DNA of 64,000 nucleotides from Macrostomum lignano (Eukaryota): NCBI GenBank assembly GCA_002269645.1, contig NIVC01000020.1, positions 372,001 to 436,000 of the forward strand, read 5' to 3'. Shown piece by piece: positions 14,160 to 26,720 of this stretch (position 1 is its first letter; each line of letters starts with the position of its first letter). The notes under the pieces were generated by a model. It saw only the letters and a program-made list of their open reading frames with translations, ran no database searches and was not told where the DNA came from. The position numbers and the translations under genes were made by a program.

Positions 14160-14375
14160 AAGTGCATCCTTACTGCTGTGCTCAAGCATCGCCCTGGTGT
14201 TTAGCATGGCAACCAGCTATCTGAGCAACGGAAATGGTCTTGAGATCGGGCAGAAAATCGGCCTGTTCAAGCCCGGCAATATGAGCGGAATTCCCTCCTG
14301 GAGCGAACGAGGCGCGTTTAGTAACAGCAGTTTCACGCCAGTCGGTTGGGTCTTCACAGCCTGGATAGCGATCTT
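14160..14375 (+). other. Possible coding exon or fragment of a Trp-rich membrane protein
   Basis: Hydrophobic stretch, then SFTPVGWVFTAWIAI, recalling the TPAGWxFxIW motif of TspO-like/Trp-rich membrane proteins. No clear start codon or downstream exons. Confidence 0.3.
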
Positions 14376-14670
14376 AGGTTCGATATATACATTTATCAGG
14401 GAGTGGGGTGGGTGTTCTTTGGGTTCAATATATACATTTATCAGGGAGTGGGGTGGGTGTTCTTTGGGTTCAATATATACATTTATCAGGGAGTGGGGTG
14501 GGTGTTCTTTGGGTTCAATATATACATTTATCAGGGAGTGGGGTGGGTGTTCTTTGGGTTCAATATATACATTTATCAGGGAGTGGGGTGGGTGTTTTGC
14601 GGGTTTGATTCATCAGGGAGTGGGGTGGCTGTTTTGCGGGTTCGATACATTTATCAGGGAGTGGGGTGGC
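14375..14670. repeat. 45-bp tandem array, about 6 units
   Basis: Unit TTCAATATATACATTTATCAGGGAGTGGGGTGGGTGTTCTTTGGG; the ORF track shows 15-aa periodicity. Confidence 0.9.
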
Positions 14671-15100
14671 TGCTTTTCAGGTTTATTAGGACAGAAGGGC
14701 TGTTTGAAGAATCTTTCAGGCATAGCTGTGGGATTGAATATCAGAATATTGATAGATCAGGATGGGTTGATGTCAATCTGTCCTCGTCCTACTGCTGGCT
14801 GTATCCTTGGTGTTTTAACTATTTGAAGGGGGCTAATTGTTAACTGATGCGATGAAACCAAACCGAAAGGTAATATCAGCTTTATTCATCTAGTTTCACT
14901 GATTGACAAACGGTGCTTAGCTTGAATTTGGTCAAAGTGGGGTGTCGCAAGCTGTTATAAACAATAGTGCCGCAGTGCACATCCTGCAGCAACTGCCCTG
15001 CAAGCTAGACTTCAAATACCAAGACTAAGGCAGAAGAGAGTGTGCGAGGAGCAAGGACTTTAGAGCGTTTAATAGTTGATACCACGTCATATTTAAGGGC

Positions 15101-15101
<1 letters not shown>

Positions 15102-15187
<86 letters not shown>
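15102..15187. repeat. Perfect (AG)n microsatellite
   Basis: Direct reading. Confidence 0.95.
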
Positions 15188-15192
<5 letters not shown>

Positions 15193-15437
15193 CCTATAGA
15201 AGTCATATGCAGCGGGGCGAAGAGATAAGCAATTGTTGCTGGGCCTGCATCTTGCATGCGAGATCATTCTGGATGATTCGTGAAACTGAGGTTGTCGCAG
15301 CGAGGCTGCACCACTAGATGCATGTCTGATACGGGGGCAATGCAGATGTTAGTTTGATGTAAACACTCGTGACTCTACAAGTTGCCTGGCACTGGCACGC
15401 TTTGCACGAACAGCCAGCATCGAGGAGAACAGGCAAA

Positions 15438-17294
15438 ATGGGCAGCGTCTTCTCAGTCTGCACGCAGCCGCGCACAGACGTCTCGCCGGGAAACGCCGAG
15501 GCTGGGCTCAACAAGTCGACCGCCCGGCCAGCAGACCGCAACGTCTACATGGCGATCCACAACTTCGTGGCTACACAGCCAGACGAGCTCACTATCTGCA
15601 GAGGCGACATGATCGAGTTGGATTCACCGCCGAGCAGTGCCAGAGTAGCCAGTGGTGGAAGGCGCGCAACCTTGAGACAAACAGGAGCGGCCTGGTGCCC
15701 TTCAACCACATCACAAAGTACAATGGCCTGCCGTGCCACCTGGATGGCTGGATGGATTGCAACCGGATGGACGCCGATCGGATGCTGCTGCGCGCCGGCC
15801 TGCAGGCTGGCAGCTACATCATCCGGCCGTGCGCCAGGCAGAACGCTAGCTTGGCCAAGCTGGAGCTCTGCGTTCGAACTCCGGACCCAAGATGCGAGAA
15901 CAACTTCTTAGTGAAATTGCCATGCAATTTACCAAATCAAGAACTCGGCTGATGGAACTGTGTTCTTCATCAAAAAGTCAAAGACCTACCCGACTGTGAA
16001 GAAGCTGATCGATGAATACAAAAGTGAGTGAAAAAAAGCTACTTCAGTATGAAACAAAGTAACTTTCATCGAAACTTATCAATTAAGGACGATTGATGTG
16101 TATATACTCCATTTGTTCTTCTGCTCACCTAGACGGTGGTCTATGCTCGCCATTGACCGAGCCTTTTCCAATTGACCCACCGCGTGTGGTTGTTGGGATC
16201 AAAGACATCGTCGAAGTCCCCCGCCAGACTCTCAGCATGGTGTGGAAACTTTCAGCCGGAAGCTTCAACGAAAGTAAGAGTTTCTGATAATGTCTGTGCC
16301 TTGAATTATACGAAATGGTAAAATGGTCTACCGCTCATTGATTAGTAAAATCAGATAGAATTTTTATGAATTTAGATAATGCATAAAACTCGACATTTTC
16401 CAGTGTGGCTGGCCAAATGGAATGGTATTATTGACGTGGCCATCAAGACGCTAAAGTCTGACACGGCCATGTCGCGGGAAAGTTCCTAGAGGAGGCAAAA
16501 ATCATGCACAAGCTGTCCCACCCAAAGATTGTCAACATTTTGGGCGTGTGCACCGAAATTCGCGAGCCAAACGACCAGATCTACATTATCACAGAGTTCA
16601 TGGAGAATGGCGCGCTGCTGGACTATCTGAGAAAGTCGAACTATGGCAGCAGCAAGCTGCCGATGGCCACTTTGTTGGACATTGCCTACCAAATCGCAGA
16701 CGGAATGGCTTACTTGGAGGAAAAGAAGCTCGTCCACCGAGACCTTCGGGCAGCCAACGTGCTGGTCGGCAAGGATAACTTTGTCAAGGTGGCAGACTTT
16801 GGCTTGGCCAGGTAACTGACTTTAGTCTCGATAATTGAATTAGTACTTTTGTTTCTTAAAAAATCTCAAAACAACCAACTTACAGGGTATTTCGAGTCGA
16901 TGACCTGTACCAGGAGGAGTCACTGGGCAATTTCCCAGTGAAGTGGACTGCTCCAGAGGCGATGCATGAGAACCGCTTCACCACCAAGTCGGACGTTTGG
17001 TCCTATGGAGTGCCGCTGTACGAGATCCTCACCCTGGGCGGCTCAATCTACATCGGCATGTCCAACCGGGAGGTCATTGAGTTTGTAAAGAATCCCAGAA
17101 ATCGCCTCCCAGTGCCGCGAACGCCCGGAATGTCTCGGTCAGACGAAGAGACCGCCCTGCGCATTCACCAGCAGTACATGATGGCCTGTTGGAATCAGAA
17201 CCCGGACGAGAGGCCCACCTTTGCCACGCTACGCAACGAATTCGAGGACATTGTCAAGACACCGGAGCAGGAGTACACTGGCGAAACCAACTGA
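15438..17294 (+). CDS. Src-family tyrosine kinase (SH3-SH2-kinase); 4 exons at about 15438-16023, 16131-16273, 16404-16811 and 16886-17294; three 1-nt frameshifts
   Basis: MGSVFS myristoylation-type start; SH3 (AIHNF..DEL..WWKARN..GLVP); SH2 (YIIRP); VAIK, HRDLRAAN, DFG and KWTAPEA; C-terminal Tyr tail (EQEYTGETN). Three GT-AG introns. Frameshifts near 15645, 15920 and 16480. Confidence 0.88.
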
Positions 17295-18308
17295 GCATCT
17301 TCTTTTAAAATTAGATTTAGAGACTTGATAGCTGACTCACAACTAATTGACTTAGCGATTCAGGGACATGCACCAATATTCTAGAGGTCAATCTGACTTC
17401 ATTTTAAATAAAGAATCGTGTATTTTATGAGGTGCTATGACATTGAAAAATTAACAAATGTACACACAGAAACATGTTAAAGCTTCCACACCAAAACCAG
17501 TGGTCAAATTGGCAATTTCCGTCACAAGGCCTCAGCTTCAGCCGGTGACGAGAGAGTGGAGAGTTTCGGCTTGAGTTGGGTTAAAACAGCCTTTTTTGAT
17601 CACTGGATTCAGGGTGGAAACTTCATCATGTTGCTGAGTATATTACATTTTCGTCTGCGTCAACATAGCAGAAATAGCGCGCAGAAAGATTCTTAAATTC
17701 TCCGACGACCATTCAATTATTATCTGTGAATTCTTTCGCAGGCTGGCCTCTCACCTGGTGAAAGAGAAGTAAACTATAACTAACCGTCTTCCGATAATAA
17801 TACTCTAGATTTGCATGACTTTTACCTTGTACGTCAAGGTACTTGCGTTCATAATTAGTATCCCAACCCGGGTCGGTTCGGGTGCCCAGCCCAAGTACAA
17901 TACGGTGCTACCTGCAGGCGAATTGTGACGCTCTGCCAATACGAGTATGATATCACTGCTGACAGGCGTTATGACGCTCCATACTCCTGAAGATGCCGTT
18001 TTGTGGGGAAAATTCTCGCGTGCAACAAGGTCCCAGGCAGTCTAATACCGCGTGCACGGCGTGCATCAAGAAGTCGGAAATGTTTTTTGGCGTGTTTTGT
18101 GTAACAGCGCCATGTTTAACATTTTTTTGGCGTTCTACCACAATCAAACTATGCACTATTGCCAATATAACTGTGCTTAACGGGAATTTTTTAGGCTTTT
18201 AAAAACATTATGTCATACTTTTAAAAAAGATAATTCTACAATATCGATAAAATATACAATGTTTTTATTACTAGAAGGTAATATATTATTATTTAGGTCA
18301 CTACAATA

Positions 18309-18880
18309 CGAGGGTCATCCCAAAAGTTCTCTGTATCACTGAATTACTCCTACGAACTGGCACCAATTTTGAAGAAACTGCACACAAACTTGCACCAATA
18401 TCTGCACACAACATTGATGAATTTTCATAAAAAATCTCCATGCAATTAGAAATAACAAGCTGAGTTGTCCAACACCTTCAGAGCAAATGGACAGCTCTCA
18501 CATTGACTTCTTTAACTGGCACAGTGCAGCTCGTGCAGCATCACCGACTGAATAGGCAAGTGTCACAAGCAGAAAAGTGAATGAACTTGACAAGAATTCC
18601 ATCATTTATTCTTGAATGACTGGCTGACTCACATGACTGGTCGGTGATGCTGCACGAGCTGCACTGTGCCAGTTAAAGAAGTCAATGTGAGAGCTGTCCA
18701 TTTGCTCTGAAGGTGTTGGACAACTCAGCTTGTTATTTCTAATTGCATGAAGATTTTTTTATGAAAATTCATCAATGTTGTGTGCAGATATTGGTGCAAG
18801 TTTGTGTGCAGTTTCTTCAAAATTGGTGCCAGTTCGTAGGAGTAATTCAGTGATACAGAGAACTTTTGGGATGACCCTCG
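18309..18880. mobile_element. Mariner-type MITE with about 240-bp near-perfect inverted arms
   Basis: TA|CGAGGGTCATCCCAAAAGT...ACTTTTGGGATGACCCTCG|TA. Arms at 18309-18548 and 18640-18880; spacer about 90 bp. Confidence 0.9.
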
Positions 18881-19454
18881 TATACATGTATAAGCAATTT
18901 TATAAGCGTTGTTGTCTGCTGTCTCTCGTTAAAAAATTGAATACTTCATTGGACATTGTTTCATAGAATCAGACGTCATTGACGCTCTGAGTACCAGGTT
19001 GCTCGTTCTGGCGTGATGACGCTGAGAACTAGCGTTGCTCCCAGAGGTGTTACGACCAAGGACGACTTAAGTAGAAGGACGGGAAACCTCGTTTCTTGGA
19101 GGTATTCTACACGTACGTACATTTGCACGGGCCTTGTGCCTAAAAACCATTAAAATGGCACAGCTCCGCCTTTTAGTTTTAGGAGTCTATTTTGTCTTAG
19201 GAGTCTCTTTTTATCAGAAATGATAAAATTGATATTTGATAAAAGGATTGAAACTCTGCTTTGGACCAGCGGTGGAGCCTTCCACGCCTATAGACTTTAG
19301 TCCCTACCAGATCATTGATTTGCTGGAACATGCATTACCGGCGCCTTCTCACCGTTCTGCTCGTGTCGGTGGCTCTGTGCTCTGCGGCAACTCAGGGTGC
19401 GTCTGGCGTTTGTCTTGACGTACTGATTGATAGCGGCTCTCGAGGCAGTTGAGA

Positions 19455-19760
19455 CCAGCCTCCCAGATCCTCAGGCTTGGCCAGCGCCTCCCAGATACTC
19501 AGGCTTGACCAGCCTCCCAGATACTCAGGCTTGGCCAGCCTCCCAGATACTCAAGCTTGGCCAGCCTCCCAGATACTCAAGCTTGGCCAGCCTCCCAGAT
19601 ACTCAGGCTTGACAAGCCTCCCAGATACTCAGGCTTGGCCAGCCTCCCAGATACTAAGGCTTGGCCAGCCTCCCAGATACTCAAGCTTGGCCAGCCTCCC
19701 AGATCCTCAGGTTTGACCAGCCTCATAGATCCTCAGGTTTGACCAACCTCCCAGATCCTC
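19455..19760. repeat. 26-bp tandem array CCAGCCTCCCAGATACTCAGGCTTGG, about 12 units
   Basis: Direct reading. Confidence 0.92.
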
Positions 19761-20237
19761 ATCTGTGGCAGTCGTTTATATACAATTTAGGATTGCATTG
19801 TCAGGTTGCATTTATGGGCCTGCCTGAGTCTACAGTGCTGTATGAAAATTGAATTCAAATACATTGACATCAACTTTACTTGGAGTGGCAATAAAGATGG
19901 TGAAAGAATTAAAAAAAAAGTCAAGTCGTTGTCCTGCGAGAGTTACAAGCGTATTATTGAGTAAATGTCAAGATGTTATACATGCATAGAATAAGGACCA
20001 AAATAAAAGAAATTATGAGCAAATTGTCGGTGACAGCATTCGTGAGCAACCAAAAATACCAAAATACACCCGCTACATGCCACGGAGCGTGCTACGGTCT
20101 ACGGAAAGCGAAATCAGTTAAAATGTGGGAAGGTGAGCCATACAGTACAGTCGGGCACTCGATACGTTTTTCAAATTTCAAATTGTATTCCAATTAGCAT
20201 TTGTTTTCGTGCACCTCAGACAGTCAGCTTTTATCGA

Positions 20238-21161
20238 TTAGACGTGGCCGAGCTTAAGCCTCTCTTCCAGCTCTGCAATTCTCGCGTCCTTAGCAGCGAT
20301 GACTTCGTCCTTCTCCAAATCTCTTTTCACGAACTCCAGCAACGTCTTCAGAGCCTCTGTGGCCGACTCGTCCAGCTGGATGACTCCGGCTCTGTCGCTG
20401 CTGCTCTTCAAGTCTTTGGCAATGACTTTCAGTTTTTTAGAGCTGTCGCAGATGCCCTCGGCCAGGTCCCGCATCGACTTCACGTCAATCACAGTCTTTC
20501 TCCCGACCACACCGGCCACGACACCGCCGGCAACGCCTGCGATGGCGCCCAGGGCGATCCAGGCGGCTCCGCCAGTAGAGATTCCGAGAGCCACGAGACC
20601 GGCGCTTCCGATCACCAGGCCGGCTGTCCCCGCGGCTCCGCGTATCGTTGCGCTGCCGGCCTTCCGCTCCGCCTCCTCCGCCTTCTTCTGCAACGCATCA
20701 GTCAGATTCCTGGCGACTTGCTGCGAATTACTCAGGTGGCTGATGAAGCGCTCGAATGCTTTGGAAAAGTCGGTCGCCATTTCGTGCGTTTTTTTCAGTT
20801 TCCTACAGAACTCCTGCATCGTCATCGTGTTTTGCGGGATCTTGTTGCCTAAAATATTGGCCTCCACAAATTTCTCGAATTCGATAATCGCCTTTTCGAA
20901 GTTCTCGAGCCAGACTTCCAGCTTGGAACTGGAGTCCTGCACCTTCTTCAGCGTTTCTTTCAGCTCCTCCAGCTGCGGCTTCAGCTCCTTTAGTTGCGGC
21001 TTGTCCGGCAGGTCGAGTTTCTCCACATCGTTTGCGCTTTTCTTCGTCAGTTCAATCACTCGAAAAAGCCCGCCGTCGCTGTCCCTCATGCGCTTTATCG
21101 TCTTGACGGCAGAGTCAATGTGTGACATGACCTTGCCAACTGCTGCCAACTTCTCGGTCAT
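20238..21161 (-). CDS. Intronless helical protein with a central Gly/Ala-rich hydrophobic hairpin (alpha-pore-forming toxin / apolipoprotein-L-like candidate)
   Basis: Open frame of 307 aa from MTEKLAAV (an upstream ATG at 21284 is possible). Heptad-rich helices flank GAAGTAGLVIGSAGLVALGISTGGAAWIALGAIAGVAGGVVAGVVG. Confidence 0.7.
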   Translation of the reverse strand: MTEKLAAVGKVMSHIDSAVKTIKRMRDSDGGLFRVIELTKKSANDVEKLDLPDKPQLKELKPQLEELKETLKKVQDSSSKLEVWLENFEKAIIEFEKFVEANILGNKIPQNTMTMQEFCRKLKKTHEMATDFSKAFERFISHLSNSQQVARNLTDALQKKAEEAERKAGSATIRGAAGTAGLVIGSAGLVALGISTGGAAWIALGAIAGVAGGVVAGVVGRKTVIDVKSMRDLAEGICDSSKKLKVIAKDLKSSSDRAGVIQLDESATEALKTLLEFVKRDLEKDEVIAAKDARIAELEERLKLGHV

Positions 21162-21829
21162 TGCGAATCCGGTCCTATTCAGATTGATACAGTTGGATTG
21201 AGACTGAGTCAAACTCTGATAGATCCCGGCGGAACCTCCGCAAAGTTTAAATATCCTCGGGACAAAAGCCATATGTGCGTACATTCAGTTCAAGTTGAAT
21301 TTAGTCATTTACTTCATTGAGCACAAGGCCAGTGCGCGTTCTTGTATATAAGTTCCTTGTTGGTTGACGGTTTCTGCGAACTTTCTTGTGCAATTGTACC
21401 AGTAGCGCTTATATGACATGACCATAATATAATGTATGTACAGTTAGTTCATACCTCAGAGGGGAACTTCCCCAAATTAGTGGCCTGGTTGTTTGCTCCA
21501 GTTTACCAGCTACTACAAAGATGTGCTGGCTATGTTGGGCCTACTTTCAACATGGGACGTTCCCTGCAGAGGCGTCAATAACTTCCGTATCTAAAAAGGA
21601 ATCTTTTTTCCACTTTCGAAGTTAAATTAGATGTTAGTATAGGGTGGGTATAGTGTTAACAGCTTGAAAAATATTTCATGTTCTTACTCTCATTATCAAA
21701 CAGAGCGAACGTGTCATAAAAATACCATTTTTAAATAATAATAAATACGCTCGTAGATAACTGATTATACTTATACACCTGCCCAATATCGGGCCAGATG
21801 TGCAACCGACGGCTCGCAGCAGCAGCTAT

Positions 21830-22073
21830 TACGCGGCGCATCTTAAGGCTGCGTACGGCTGGTCAGTCCAAGGACTTTGGGGCCGGGGGTCTCCACACAC
21901 ACGGTCCTCTCCACACCACAGCTATGCTGGTGCCCATTTTTACAGCTGGGGGACTACTGAAAGCAATGCAGAGTTAAGTGTCTTGCTCAAGGACACAAAT
22001 TGTTCCAGTGGGATTGGGAATCGAACCTCCCGACCTTCGATTCGTAAGTCCGATTCTCTAACCACTAAGGCTA
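21830..22073 (-). mobile_element. tRNA-derived SINE with a CORE-like central domain
   Basis: Minus strand: A box TAGCCTTAGTGG, B box GGTTCGATTCC, then TGTGTCCTTGAGCAAGACACTTAAC...TGTAAAAATGGG. Confidence 0.7.
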
Positions 22074-25000
22074 AAATTAAATTAAACACGTACGTGAATT
22101 AAGTTGTCTTTCTAATAAGGTTCTTTAGTTTAAAAAATGGTTCTTTTCACTAGCTGTTCTGTGCTTTAATTGTGTTTGTTGGGCAAACAATCTAAAATTT
22201 GTTTTTAGACGTCAAATCGCCATTGATGCCATATTGATACTGTTGTTATGCTATGGGTACATGTAAGCCAAGGACGACTAAAGTAACGTATATATCTACT
22301 TAAGTAGTCCTTGATGTAAGCCCCATGACTGTCTATGCTTGTCCATGTATCTGCATGATTTTGTTAAATATTGACCCCAGTGGACTGCGGTTGTTATGTG
22401 AGGAGCAGAAACTAAATAGTAAAAGTTGGAGCAGGAAAAGTATTAGACAAAAATAACAAAATGTCACTATGCAATGAATAAATTCATTAAATAGTGAAGA
22501 GCGTATGTGTAATGTCGGCCGGCAATTAGAACAATTGCAATACTCATATCCTGGACGAATTAACTCTAATTATAATCATTAAAAAAAAACTATTGTAAAG
22601 GCCATAATTACAAGATTTCACTTCAACGAGTATAACATACAATTCACGTTCGTATCATTTTGTTTTGCTACGTTTTGAAATATTTAAAGATTCAATGGCC
22701 AATCTTTTCAAAAATCGTGACGATTTCCTCGAAAGTTCTGTCTTGTACGCGCGTTTAACGCATAGCCACTTATAACGCATAGTTTTATTGGTGGTTAGTA
22801 ATTAAATTAGTATGTTTGTTAGTTTAACCTAATATCATTGTCACTAGGCCTTAGTTGAATTTCTATGCCCGAAAGTTCATAATAAACCAAAAACTTAATA
22901 GGCCTATAATAGGCATACACAGTCACAGATAACGAGTGTGTATTAAAAAAACTTTATTTCTAACTTGAATCTAACTATTTCCAAACCATTTAAACATTTA
23001 AAAGATATACACATCATTTAGACTAGTGCCACATCATCTACTTACTTGAAAATGAAATTTTGACTTTAGTTAGGCCAACTAAATTGCCAATATTTAAGGT
23101 TTAAGCTTTGATGCATTGTAAACTTAATTCATAATTGTGCAGCTTCAAAATCGTATGCAATTAAATTTTTTAAGAGGATTGACATTTATGCTTTTATTTA
23201 TGCTTTTATTCTTTTACACTTTTTATATAGTTACAAATTGTTTAGTTCATTTAAACCCAGGGTCACACTCATAGTTTAGAGTAGGCCCTAGTCTATTAGA
23301 GCCGAACCAAGATAGGAAAAATCTGGTTGGGTGGGATTGGGCAAGATTGAATTCATAAAAGTCAGGACTTGAGATTGGTTGGGATCAGGATCAAGGTCTA
23401 CCATTGGCATCTAGACTTATTTAGGTATAAGATAGCTCAAGGATATATTTATATATAAGCACATATATTAATTAGTATTTGTAGTCAAGTGATATTACTA
23501 CTACTATATTCTATTAGCCTAACTTGTAGTTTAGTAGAGCTGAGTAGGGCCTATTCAAGTCAAGTTTTATTGAATAGTTTAGTAGAATGAAAATTTGGAA
23601 GTTAGTAAATTCATTTCAAGCCTCAACCTTGTTCTATACCATAGTCAGGAAGATGGCATTTTATTCAGAAAATTCTGGCATACACAGGGAAATTTTAGGC
23701 CAATTTAGGTGTATACGGCATACCACAGTTTAGAGAAAGTACCCCATGGCGTATAATGACATGCCACGACACACAATTATACGCTGCGCCATCATAGGCA
23801 TAGGACCCTGCCTACCCACAATATCCTAAATCCTGATGCATACAGCATACCATTTATTTTTAAAAAATGTTTTTTAAAACTGAAAAAGAAAGAAAAAATG
23901 TTTTTTCTTGTGCTAATTTTCTTTCATTAAAGTCATTGAAATTTCAACACAAATGAAAACTTTGTTAAAGTTTGACTTATATTATTTTAAACTTCCATTT
24001 TAGTACATATTGTAATGTTAACTACATTACAAAACTACATTGATTGTATACATAGCAGCCGTGCCTCTAAGTGTGAACCCAGTCAATATTAATGACATGG
24101 CTGCCATGCAAGTTTTATTGACATGGCCACCGTGTTTATAAGTTTTTGCATTATAGACACAGTTGCCATGTCTCTAAGTGTGGCATAAAAACTAATAATA
24201 TATTAAAGTCATAAAGATCTAAATTATTAGTTTTGAATCTTTCCTACTACTAGACTTATGATTTTTTGTTTAACTTCAGCTATAGGGCAGTCCAAAGATG
24301 TGACATAGTGACACAATGGACTTTCAAATAGTTTGTGTGTACTCGTACTGAATGTTGACTCACCAGCAGTGGCGATTGCTATTGACCAGCTTAATGATTT
24401 GAATGGTATTGTATTCAGCCCCTACCCCATGCGCACGCAATTGAATGTCTGCACCCACCACCTCATCCTATATACTAAAAATGAAAATCTTGCTTGCTTG
24501 CTTGCTTGTAATCGATTAGAGAAAAAATGGCTTAACCGATTTTCATGAGACTTGCACTGTTCGATCAGAAATTTTCCCGTGACTGTACATGCATAGCGGC
24601 TAAGAAATTGCTCGATGCTAAAGGCATTAAATATTCAAAAAACATGCTTTTTTGCAAAGGTCAAGCAAACTTTTCCACTTGAAATGCATTGTAAGAATGC
24701 TAGAGAAAAAACTGACTGGTTGAATTCTGATTCTGAAATAGATTGAATCATAACTGAATTGTAACTCCGACTTGAATTGAAAATGCACTGTGGAAGCGTA
24801 GCACCAGACTTGATTTAAATTGCGTAACCATATTGTTAACTGATACTGACTGACTGAGAAACTGATTATGTCATAACTGCTTCGTGTGATTTACTCTATG
24901 CTTGGATTTTAAACTGTTGAATTATATAAGTGCAAAATTTGATGTTATCAAAATGATGAGAGCTAGCCTAGAGGTGAACAAACTGAACTGCTAAATGCAG

Positions 25001-25091
25001 TTTGGTTGGAATTGGTTCGAATTTTCATAGAGTATAATTTTTTTAATTAAAGCTTTTCAACGTCAGGAAAACTAAAAGACTTTTTAAAAAG

Positions 25092-26720
25092 AAGCGTCAT
25101 GTAAAAATCATAGAAGCGTCATGTAAAAAATCATAGAAGCGTCAAATAAAAATCATAGATGCGTCATGTAAAAAATCGTAGAAGCGTCATATAAAAATCA
25201 GAGAAGCATCATTTAAAAAATCATAGAAGCGTCATGTAAACAATCATAGAAGCGTCATGTAAACAATCATAGAAGCGTCATGTAAAAAATCGTAGAAGCG
25301 TCATATAAAAATCATAGAAGCGTCATTTAAAAAATCATAGAAGCGTCATGTAAACAATCATAGAAGCGTCATGTAAAAAATCGTAGAAGCGTCATATAAA
25401 AATCATAGAAGCGTCATTTAAAAAATCATAGAAGCGTCATGTAAAAAAGTCATGGAAGTGTCATGTAAACAATCGTAGAAGCGTCATGTAAAAAATCGTA
25501 GAAGCGTCATATAAAAATCATAGAAGCGTCATTTAAAAAATCATAGAAGCATCATGTAAAAAATCATAGAAGTGTCATGTAAACAATCATAGAAGCGTCA
25601 TGTAAAAAATCGTAGAAGCGTCATATAAAAATCATAGAAGCGTCATTTAAAAAATCATACAAGCGTCATGTAAAAAATCATAGAAGTGTCATGTAAACAA
25701 TCATAGAAGCGTCATGTAAACAATCATAGAAGCGTCATGTAAAAAATCATAGAAGCGGCATGTAAAAAATCATAGAAGCGTCAAATAAAAATCATAGATG
25801 CGTCATGTAAAAAATCGTAGAAGCGTCATATAAAAATCATAGAAGCGTCATTTAAAAAATCATAGAAGCGTCATGTAAAAAATCATGGAAGTGTCATGTA
25901 AACAATCATAGAAGCGTCATGTAAAAAATCGTAGAAGCGTCATATAAAAATCATAGAAGCGTCATTTAAAAAATCATAGAAGCGTCATGTAAAAAATCAT
26001 AGAAGTGTCATGTAAACAATCATAGAAGCGTCATGTAAACAATCATAGAAGCGTCATTTAAAAAATCATAGAAGCGTCATGTAAAAAATCATAGAAGTGT
26101 CATGTAAACAATCATAGAAGTGTCATGTAAAAAATCATAGAAGCGTCATGTAAAAAATCATAGAAGCGGCATGTAAAAATCATAGAAGCGTCATGTAAAA
26201 AATCATAGAAGCGTCATTTAAAAAATCATAGAAGCGTCATGTAAAAATCATAGAAGCATCATTTAAAAAATCATAGAAGCGTCATGTAAAAATCATAGAA
26301 GCGTCATGTAAAAAATCATAGAAGCGTCATGTAAAAAATCATAGAAGTGTCATGTAAACAATCATAGAAGCGTCATGTAAAAAATCATAGAAGCGTCATA
26401 TAAAAATCATAGAAGCGTCATTTAAAAAATCATAGAAGCGTCATGTAAAAAATCATAGAAGTGTCATGTAAACAATCATAGAAGCGTCATGTAAAAAATC
26501 ATAGAAGCGTCATGTAAAAAATCATAGAAGCGTCATGTAAAAATCATAAAAGTGTCATGTAAAAAATCATAGAAGCGTCATTTAAAAAATCATAGAAGCG
26601 TCATGTAAAAATCATAGAAGTGTCAAGAAAAAATCATAGAAGCCTCATTTAAAAACTAATGAGTGTCATTTAAAAAATTAAGAAGCATCATGGTACAATA
26701 AAAGAAGCGTCATGTCAGAC
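25092..26720. repeat. AT-rich 22-23-bp satellite AATCATAGAAGCGTCATGTAAAA, about 70 units
   Basis: Direct reading; variant units recur in a higher-order pattern. Confidence 0.93.

Noticed and set aside
20299-21201. 300-aa + strand ORF
   Set aside because: Antisense to the more protein-like minus-strand ORF.
21990-22073. tRNA gene
   Set aside because: It has A and B boxes but continues into a SINE body and lacks a full cloverleaf acceptor stem.
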